The notes beneath the pieces are model-generated. The model did no database searches. It was given only the letters and a program-made list of their open reading frames with translations, and was not told the origin of the DNA. The position numbers and the translations under genes were made by a program. From a virus (taxonomy: Duplodnaviria; Heunggongvirae; Uroviricota; Caudoviricetes), in IMG/VR virus record IMGVR_UViG_2671180435_000006: 4,835 nt of DNA; one strand, given 5' to 3'. Shown in pieces: positions 1 to 4,835 of the stretch. Position 1 is the stretch's first letter, and each line of letters starts with the position of its first letter.

Positions 1-32
1 ATACACTAAATCAGTAAGTTGGCAGCATCACC
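1..32 (-). mobile_element. IS1 terminus (left end, IRL), element body lies beyond the window's left edge
   Basis: Reverse complement of 1..32 is GGTGATGCTGCCAACTTACTGATTTAGTGTAT, which I recognise as the first 32 nt of IS1 including the 23-bp left inverted repeat. The element is therefore on the minus strand with its outer boundary at position 32. Confidence 0.9.
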
Positions 33-160
33 GAAGTGGTAAAGAAGATAATAAAGAATAATATTTAGGGTTATAGGTCTTAGCCCATTTTAAATGGAAG
101 GCAGACATGCAGCCATGCATACTTCGCATGGCAACATAATTATTTAGACAAACTATCTAA

Positions 161-398
161 NNNNNNNNNNNNNNNNNNNNNNNNNNNNNNNNNNNNNNNN
201 NNNNNNNNNNNNNNNNNNNNNNNNNNNNNNNNNNNNNNNNNNNNNNNNNNNNNNNNNNNNNNNNNNNNNNNNNNNNNNNNNNNNNNNNNNNNNNNNNNNN
301 NNNNNNNNNNNNNNNNNNNNNNNNNNNNNNNNNNNNNNNNNNNNNNNNNNNNNNNNNNNNNNNNNNNNNNNNNNNNNNNNNNNNNNNNNNNNNNNNNN
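161..398. other. N-masked block (238 nt), content unknowable
   Basis: Run of n characters seen directly in the sequence. Confidence 1.
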
Positions 399-513
399 AT
401 GGGTGAGCAATAATGTATACAAGATTAAGTAGTATATAAATTGCTACCGGAATGAAAATCATGCTCCAGTGTGTATCTTTTTTGGGAGGGATTGGCTGCA
501 AATAATCAGACAC
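399..513 (-). CDS. 5' part of an ORF encoding a hydrophobic, transmembrane-like segment; 3' end hidden in the masked block
   Basis: Minus-strand frame opens after an in-frame stop at 580..582 with GTG at 511..513 (alternative ATG at 460..462). Visible translation is MSDYLQPIPPKKDTHWSMIFIPVAIYILLNLVYIIAHP, with a roughly 18-residue hydrophobic stretch. Same strand as, and 82 nt downstream of, the 596..973 ORF. No convincing Shine-Dalgarno for either start. Confidence 0.3.
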
Positions 514-595
514 CGTTTTTCCATCAGTTTCAAGAAGAATTACTAGATCTCTTACTTCACCACTGACTTGAGTGCATCCTTAGTAGTAATGTTAA

Positions 596-973
596 TCATT
601 TTTTCCCTCCAAATACGATGCCCTCTACGTCTTTGGAAGCTTTTTGTGATGACCACTCCTCTGAATCAGGTGATTTAATTAAAAATATTGTATCTCCATC
701 AAAAATCGTATTTGTTCCGTAAAAATTCACATTTGATAGATCACCACCAAAAACCCTCTGCCCACTCGAGGTAATTGCCTCACCTAATTTAGTAAAATTA
801 CCAGCAATAGATGATTTTCTTTTTCCACTTCTATTCAAAGTGGCTTTAATTACACCACCACCATCCTTAGAGTTAAATAATTGAATGTCCACTCCAGCAG
901 TTGGTTGTATATATTTTGAAAGCTCTTTCTTGAACTTGTTAATATATTTATCTTTGTTTTCTTTGTTGGTCAT
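596..973 (-). CDS. hypothetical protein, 125 aa, A+T-rich, no family recognised
   Basis: Uninterrupted 378-nt ORF in DNA visibly much more A+T-rich than the nin genes, where stop-free frames of this length are unlikely by chance. ATG at 971..973, TGA at 596..598. Lys-rich N-terminus, Gly/Ser/Asn-rich body, no signal peptide or TM segment. Shine-Dalgarno weak. Confidence 0.55.
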   Translation of the reverse strand: MTNKENKDKYINKFKKELSKYIQPTAGVDIQLFNSKDGGGVIKATLNRSGKRKSSIAGNFTKLGEAITSSGQRVFGGDLSNVNFYGTNTIFDGDTIFLIKSPDSEEWSSQKASKDVEGIVFGGKK

Positions 974-1126
974 TGGTTAGATCCATAGTTCTGGCTGTGA
1001 TTAGGTGAAAGTATACAAGGTTTTTAAAGCGAAGATCACTGTTTTGGCTTCAAGATAGTTTTGATTTATCGTAATCAATCCGCCATAATCCTCTCATCGG
1101 AGCCTGAACAACTCCGGTGACTTCTG

Positions 1127-1150
1127 CGCATTTAAGGGGACTTAAATGCG
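1127..1150. promoter_or_regulatory. perfect 10-bp-stem palindrome (CGCATTTAAG-GGGA-CTTAAATGCG) in the leader upstream of the nin-type operon
   Basis: Arms 1127..1136 and 1141..1150 are exact reverse complements around a 4-nt loop. Not followed by a T-run on either strand, so not a canonical intrinsic terminator. Candidate protein-binding site or RNA hairpin. Confidence 0.3.
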
Positions 1151-1181
1151 ACCACAATCTGAACTCATCACCTTGTCACAG

Positions 1182-1211
1182 ATGCAGAAATGCACCTGCG
1201 ATTTTCTGCAT
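1182..1211. promoter_or_regulatory. inverted repeat ATGCAGAAA ... TTTCTGCAT (9-bp arms, 12-nt spacer) just upstream of the ybcN-like start
   Basis: Arm 1182..1190 is the exact reverse complement of arm 1203..1211. Lies 27 nt upstream of the ATG at 1238. Confidence 0.25.
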
Positions 1212-1237
1212 TCTGCGGTTTCCGTTAGGGAGGCCGT

Positions 1238-1693
1238 ATGACTCTGCCAGTAGACGGCATCAAACTCCATCGCGGTAACTTCGCGGCCATCGGCCAGCAG
1301 ATTCAGCCATTGCTGGATGCCGGGCAATGCTTACGCCTGCAGGTTAAGCCGTGGCGCGAGAAGCGCAGCCTGTCGCAGAACGCGCTCAGCCACATGTGGT
1401 ACACGGAGATCAGCGAATATCTCATCGCCCGCGGCAAGACCTTCGCTACGCCTGAGTGGGTCAAAGACGCGATGAAGCACACCTATCTCGGCTACGAAAG
1501 CAAAGACCGTGTAGATGTCGTGTCCGGCGAGGTCACCACCGTCCAATCCCTCCGCCATACGTCAGAGCTGGAAACCGGCGAGATGTACATCTTCCTGTGC
1601 AAAGTCGAAGCCTGGGCGATGAATATCGGCTGCCACCTGACAATTCCGCAGAGCTGTGAATACCAGCAGCTGCGCGATAAGCAGGAGGCGTAA
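1238..1693 (+). CDS. ybcN: nin-region protein of lambdoid prophage, YbcN-like (151 aa)
   Basis: ATG at 1238 preceded by GGGAGG at 1228..1233; TAA at 1691..1693. The 151-aa length and position immediately upstream of ninE-ybcO-rusA match the DLP12 gene order. I assign it by synteny and size; I do not recall the reference protein sequence well enough to confirm residue by residue. Confidence 0.8.
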   Translation: MTLPVDGIKLHRGNFAAIGQQIQPLLDAGQCLRLQVKPWREKRSLSQNALSHMWYTEISEYLIARGKTFATPEWVKDAMKHTYLGYESKDRVDVVSGEVTTVQSLRHTSELETGEMYIFLCKVEAWAMNIGCHLTIPQSCEYQQLRDKQEA

Positions 1694-1863
1694 TGGCTAC
1701 ACCGCTTATTCGTGTCATGAACGGGCACATCTACAGAGTATCAAATCGTCGTAAGCGTAAGCCTGAGCTGAAGCCATCCGAAATACCAACACTGCTCGGA
1801 TATACCGCTAGCCTGGTTGATAAAAAATGGTTGCGACTGGCAGCAAGGAGGAATCATGGCTGA
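1693..1863 (+). CDS. ninE: NinE family protein (56 aa)
   Basis: Manual translation from the ATG at 1693..1695 (overlapping the preceding TAA as TAATG) gives [56 protein letters not shown], ending at TGA 1861..1863. This matches my recollection of NinE. Too short for the supplied ORF track. Confidence 0.8.
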   Translation: MATPLIRVMNGHIYRVSNRRKRKPELKPSEIPTLLGYTASLVDKKWLRLAARRNHG

Positions 1864-2146
1864 TTTGAGAAAAGCAGCGCGTGGTCGGGAATGCCAGGTA
1901 AGAATCCCTGGCGTATGTAATGGCAATCCTGAAACGTCAGTACTGGCACATATCCGGCTGGCTGGATTGTGCGGTACCGGTATCAAACCGCCAGACCTGA
2001 TTGCCACCATTGCATGTTCTGCCTGTCACGACGAAATCGACCGCCGCACATATTTTGTCGATGCTGAGTATGCAAAAGAATGCGCGCTGGAAGGTATGGC
2101 GAGAACGCAGGTTATCTGGCTGAAAGAGGGGGTTATTAAGGCGTGA
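1856..2146 (+). CDS. ybcO: DLP12-type prophage protein YbcO, Cys-rich putative nuclease (96 aa)
   Basis: The track ORF 1817..2146 begins at a TTG. The ATG at 1856..1858 has GGAGG 6 nt upstream and yields [33 protein letters not shown]...[11 protein letters not shown]..., the 96-aa YbcO form as I recall it. Start overlaps the ninE stop (ATGGCTGA). Confidence 0.85.
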   Translation: MADLRKAARGRECQVRIPGVCNGNPETSVLAHIRLAGLCGTGIKPPDLIATIACSACHDEIDRRTYFVDAEYAKECALEGMARTQVIWLKEGVIKA

Positions 2147-2505
2147 ATACCTACAGCATCACATTACCCTGGCCTCCGAGCAATAACCGCTATTACCGCC
2201 ATAATCGCGGGCGCACACACATCAGCGCAGAAGGGCAGGCATACCGCGATAACGTCACCCGAATCATTAAAAACGCAATGCTGGATATCGGCCTGGCTAT
2301 GCCAGTGAAAATCCGTATTGAGTGCCACATGCCGGATCGCCGTCGCCGTGACCTGGATAATCTGCAAAAAGCCGCTTTTGACGCACTCACCAAAGCAGGT
2401 TTCTGGCTGGATGATGCTCAGGTCGTTGATTACCGCGTTGTGAAGATGCCTGTTACCAAAGGTGGGAGGCTGGAACTGACCATCACCGAAATGGGGAATG
2501 AATGA
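2143..2505 (+). CDS. rusA: Holliday junction resolvase RusA (120 aa)
   Basis: GTG start at 2143..2145 overlapping the ybcO stop (GTGA), with a purine-rich AGAGGGGG upstream. Translation [26 protein letters not shown]... matches RusA. Acidic residues at positions 70, 72 and 91 (D-L-D ... D-D) are present, the catalytic positions as I recall them. Confidence 0.93.
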   Translation: MNTYSITLPWPPSNNRYYRHNRGRTHISAEGQAYRDNVTRIIKNAMLDIGLAMPVKIRIECHMPDRRRRDLDNLQKAAFDALTKAGFWLDDAQVVDYRVVKMPVTKGGRLELTITEMGNE

Positions 2506-2642
2506 TGTTTGAGTTTTATATGGCAGAACTTCTTCGCCACCGCTGGGGGCATCTGCGCTTATATCGTTTCCCCGGTTCTGTTTTGACCGATTACCGAATA
2601 CTGAAGAATTACGCCAAAACCCTGACAGGAGCAGGAGTATGA
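2502..2642 (+). CDS. ylcG: small prophage protein YlcG-like (46 aa)
   Basis: ATG at 2502 overlapping the rusA stop (ATGA). Manual translation is [46 protein letters not shown], ending at TGA 2640..2642. Position after rusA and before Q matches DLP12. Below the ORF track length cutoff. Confidence 0.65.
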   Translation: MMFEFYMAELLRHRWGHLRLYRFPGSVLTDYRILKNYAKTLTGAGV

Positions 2643-2655
2643 AGTCAGAGATAAC

Positions 2656-2681
2656 AATCAACTAATACTGTTTTGTTGATT
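2656..2681 (+). other. A+T-rich hairpin (AATCAAC / GTTGATT, 12-nt loop) followed by TTTGC, between ylcG and Q
   Basis: 7-bp inverted repeat seen directly. The stem is weak (no G:C core), so at best a weak attenuator. Confidence 0.2.
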
Positions 2682-2727
2682 TTTGCTTGTAATTGGCGTT
2701 CTGGTCTGATTTTTGTGGAGTAAGTTG

Positions 2728-3111
2728 ATGCGTGATATTCAGATGGTTCTTGAGCGTTGGGGAGCGTGGGCGGCTAATAATCATGAAGATGTGACCTGGT
2801 CGTCCATTGCCGCCGGTTTTAAGGGATTAATTACTTCAAAAGTAAAATCTCGCCCGCAATGTTGTGACGATGACGCGATGATTATTTGCGGGTGCATGGC
2901 CCGTCTGAAAAAGAACAACAGCGATTTGCACGATTTATTAGTAGATTATTATGTAGTCGGTATGACATTCATGTCACTGGCAGGTAAGCATTGCTGCTCT
3001 GATGGTTATATCGGGAAAAGGTTACAGAAGGCTGAGGGCATAATTGAAGGGATGTTAATGGCATTAGATATCCGGTTAGAGATGGATATCGTTGTTAATA
3101 ACTCTAATTAA
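2728..3111 (+). CDS. quuD: late-gene antiterminator Q (QuuD-like, 127 aa)
   Basis: ATG at 2728 with GGAG at 2717..2720. Translation [26 protein letters not shown]... with Cys clusters ([18 protein letters not shown]) consistent with a Q-family zinc-binding protein. Follows the nin genes as in lambdoid phages. The track start at 2713 is an upstream TTG that I reject. Confidence 0.9.
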   Translation: MRDIQMVLERWGAWAANNHEDVTWSSIAAGFKGLITSKVKSRPQCCDDDAMIICGCMARLKKNNSDLHDLLVDYYVVGMTFMSLAGKHCCSDGYIGKRLQKAEGIIEGMLMALDIRLEMDIVVNNSN

Positions 3112-3144
3112 TATGCCAATTGTTTACTAAAAATTATTAAAAAT

Positions 3145-3162
3145 GGGGCGTTGCAACGCCCC
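3145..3162 (-). terminator. intrinsic terminator for minus-strand transcription, probably the porin mRNA 3' end
   Basis: GGGGCGTTGCAACGCCCC is a perfect palindrome with a GC-rich stem. On the minus strand it is followed by AUUUUUAAUAAUUUUUAG. On the plus strand it is followed by CAAAAAUAAA, so it is not a plus-strand terminator. Confidence 0.5.
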
Positions 3163-3228
3163 CAAAAATAAAGGGTAATATATAACAGAAGGTTTATATA
3201 GTTAGAAGCAAGGTTGTGCTCCTAAAGG

Positions 3229-3284
3229 AAGTGGCTTGAGGGAGCCACTTATATGTTGGGGAGGCAAAGCCTCCCGCAACATAT
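3229..3284. other. two tandem hairpins immediately downstream of the porin stop codon
   Basis: Hairpin 1 at 3229..3250 (AAGTGGCT / AGCCACTT, 6-nt loop). Hairpin 2 at 3251..3284 (ATATGTTG + GGGAGGC, loop AAA, GCCTCCC + bulged G + CAACATAT), followed on the plus strand by CTTTTA. Either 3'-UTR stabilising structures of the porin mRNA or a weak plus-strand terminator. Confidence 0.35.
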
Positions 3285-3299
3285 CTTTTAGTAATCAAA

Positions 3300-4382
3300 T
3301 TAGAACTGGTAAACCATACCTACAGCAACGATATCATCGGTAGCAACGCCAGATGCTTTCGTGAAATCGCTCTTATCAATCAGGTTGATTTTGTAATCAA
3401 CAAAAGTGGACATATTTTTGTTGAAGTAATAGGTTGCACCTACATCAATATATTCAACCAGGTCCTGATCACCCCACGCACCCAAGTCTTTTCCTTTAGA
3501 TTGCAGGTAAGCAACGGACGGACGCAGACCGAAGTCGAACTGATATTGTGCAACTACTTCGAAGTTTTGTGCTTTGTTGGCAATATGGTTATTACCAAAA
3601 ACAGTCATGTTCTGGGTTTCAGAATAGGTGGTAGCCAGATAGATGTTGTTCGCATCATATTTCAGACCAGCTGCCCATACTTCAGCATTTTGACCAGATG
3701 CATTCAGGCTGTTGTTACCGTAGATAACCTGATTATTAGTGCGGTCAGATTTAGCATAGGTTGCACCTACACCGAATCCTTCATACTCATAAGTAGTGGA
3801 GAAACCGAAACCATCACCATTAGCTTCAGTTACGTCAGTGCGGTCATTTTTACCCTGATACTGAGCAGCAAAGTTCAGACCATCAACCAGACCAAAGAAG
3901 TCGTTGTTACGATAAGTTGCAACACCAGTGGTGCGACCAGTCATGAACACATCTGTTTGAGTCCAAGTGTCACCACCGAATTCTGGCAGGACGTCAGTCC
4001 ACGCACCGATGTCGTATGCTACACCGTAGTTACGGCCGTAATCGATGGAGCCGTAGTCACCGAATTTCAGGCCAGCGAAGGCAAGACGGGTTTTATCTTT
4101 GGAGGAACCTTGAGATTCAGCGCGGTTGCCTTTGAATTCATATTCCCACTGACCGAAACCAGTCAGTTGATCGTTGATTTGGGTTTCACCTTTGAAGCCA
4201 AGACGGGCATAAGTAGTATCACCATCATCTGCATCATTAGAGGAGAAGTAGTGCTTAGCATTAACTTTCCCGTACAGATCCAGCTTGTTACTGTCTTTAT
4301 TATAAATTTCAGCTGCCTGAGCAGACATCGCCATCAGTACTGATGCAGCTACAGCAGAAATTGCCACTGTTAATTTTTTCAT
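3300..4382 (-). CDS. nmpC: outer-membrane general porin, NmpC/OmpC/OmpD family (360 aa precursor), apparently intact
   Basis: Translation from the ATG at 4380..4382 gives signal peptide [23 protein letters not shown] followed by [17 protein letters not shown]..., with the aromatic-rich beta-barrel pattern and C-terminal ...VGMVYQF typical of enterobacterial porins. The track's longer form starting at 4442 adds 20 residues before the signal peptide and is rejected. Position after Q and opposite orientation match DLP12 nmpC as I recall it. Confidence 0.92.
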   Translation of the reverse strand: MKKLTVAISAVAASVLMAMSAQAAEIYNKDSNKLDLYGKVNAKHYFSSNDADDGDTTYARLGFKGETQINDQLTGFGQWEYEFKGNRAESQGSSKDKTRLAFAGLKFGDYGSIDYGRNYGVAYDIGAWTDVLPEFGGDTWTQTDVFMTGRTTGVATYRNNDFFGLVDGLNFAAQYQGKNDRTDVTEANGDGFGFSTTYEYEGFGVGATYAKSDRTNNQVIYGNNSLNASGQNAEVWAAGLKYDANNIYLATTYSETQNMTVFGNNHIANKAQNFEVVAQYQFDFGLRPSVAYLQSKGKDLGAWGDQDLVEYIDVGATYYFNKNMSTFVDYKINLIDKSDFTKASGVATDDIVAVGMVYQF

Positions 4383-4502
4383 CGTGAGCCCTTTTTTTGA
4401 ACTATTATTAAAAAATGATGTCATTGCGCGATAAATATTCATCTAATCAATGTGATTATTTCAAGATGTAAGTTTTGGTTTCTCGTTTGATTTGTGAAGT
4501 AG

Positions 4503-4784
4503 NNNNNNNNNNNNNNNNNNNNNNNNNNNNNNNNNNNNNNNNNNNNNNNNNNNNNNNNNNNNNNNNNNNNNNNNNNNNNNNNNNNNNNNNNNNNNNNNNN
4601 NNNNNNNNNNNNNNNNNNNNNNNNNNNNNNNNNNNNNNNNNNNNNNNNNNNNNNNNNNNNNNNNNNNNNNNNNNNNNNNNNNNNNNNNNNNNNNNNNNNN
4701 NNNNNNNNNNNNNNNNNNNNNNNNNNNNNNNNNNNNNNNNNNNNNNNNNNNNNNNNNNNNNNNNNNNNNNNNNNNNNNNNNNNN
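4503..4784. other. N-masked block (282 nt), content unknowable
   Basis: Run of n characters seen directly. It covers most of the region upstream of the porin gene, where its promoter would be expected. Confidence 1.
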
Positions 4785-4804
4785 TTACGTACGTAAAAAA
4801 TTGG

Positions 4805-4835
4805 GGTAATGACTCCAACTTATTGATAGTGTTTT
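4805..4835 (-). mobile_element. IS1 terminus (right end, IRR), element body lies beyond the window's right edge
   Basis: 4805..4835 reads GGTAATGACTCCAACTTATTGATAGTGTTTT, the IS1 right terminal inverted repeat read from outside inward. The element is on the minus strand, the same orientation as the copy at 1..32. Confidence 0.9.

Noticed and set aside
153-422. Track ORFs 153..422(-) and 4456..4818(-) that run through N blocks
   Set aside because: They exist only because n codons translate to X. The frame through a mask is unknowable, and 4456..4818 would also run into IS1 terminal sequence.
1142-1327. 61-aa minus-strand ORF
   Set aside because: Overlaps the ybcN-like start and its leader palindromes, with no supporting signal. 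Likely spurious.
1817-1855. TTG-initiated 5' extension of ybcO
   Set aside because: The ATG at 1856 with GGAGG upstream gives the recalled 96-aa product. The extension lies within ninE coding sequence.
1331-2010. Overlapping ORFs 1331..1558(-), 1456..1659(+), 1492..1728(-), 1533..1730(-), 1741..2010(-)
   Set aside because: All overlap the ybcN-like, ninE or ybcO coding regions in other frames or on the opposite strand. Their translations are Arg/Cys-rich, typical of off-frame reading of GC-richer coding DNA.
2164-2661. 165-aa minus-strand ORF, and the 66-aa ORF at 2193..2393
   Set aside because: Antisense to rusA and ylcG, which are supported by sequence recall and translational coupling. 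No ribosome-binding site seen.
2713-2727. TTG-initiated 5' extension of the Q ORF
   Set aside because: The ATG at 2728 has a GGAG at proper spacing and gives the 127-aa Q size expected from DLP12.
3112-3230. Candidate late promoter hexamers (TTGCAA at 3151..3156 with TAATAT at 3176..3181; TATAGT at 3197..3202)
   Set aside because: Spacing is 19 nt for the first pair and there is no acceptable -35 for the second. Not convincing enough to annotate as a promoter.
3501-4343. 280-aa plus-strand ORF
   Set aside because: Lies entirely antisense within the porin gene, whose minus-strand product has unmistakable porin features. The plus-strand translation is low-complexity and hydrophobic with no start context. 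Shadow ORF.
4383-4442. Upstream extension of the porin ORF to the ATG at 4442
   Set aside because: Adds 20 residues ([20 protein letters not shown]) before a canonical signal peptide. Porin precursors start at the MKK... signal peptide, which is what the ATG at 4382 gives.
1-4835. CRISPR arrays, tRNA or rRNA genes
   Set aside because: No regularly spaced direct repeats, no cloverleaf-like conserved tRNA motifs and no rRNA-like conserved stretches were seen in the unmasked sequence.

Overview
The window is a fragment of a DLP12-like cryptic lambdoid prophage (nin region, Q antiterminator, porin moron) bracketed at both edges by IS1 ends in the same orientation. Left to right: IS1 left-end terminus (1..32, minus orientation); an A+T-rich island carrying two minus-strand ORFs of unknown function (one runs into the N-masked block 161..398); a GC-richer plus-strand nin-type operon with overlapping junctions (ybcN-like, ninE, ybcO, rusA, ylcG); the late antiterminator Q gene (quuD-like); a structured intergenic region; an intact NmpC/OmpC-family porin gene on the minus strand, convergent with Q; a second N-masked block (4503..4784); and an IS1 right-end terminus (4805..4835, minus orientation). 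Most of this is recognisable and not novel. The points worth a second look are the IS1-bracketed architecture, the uncharacterised A+T-rich island, and the intact porin sitting between Q and where the lysis genes would be. Gene names are from my recall of protein sequences, sizes and gene order, not from any database search. The two masked blocks cannot be interpreted.
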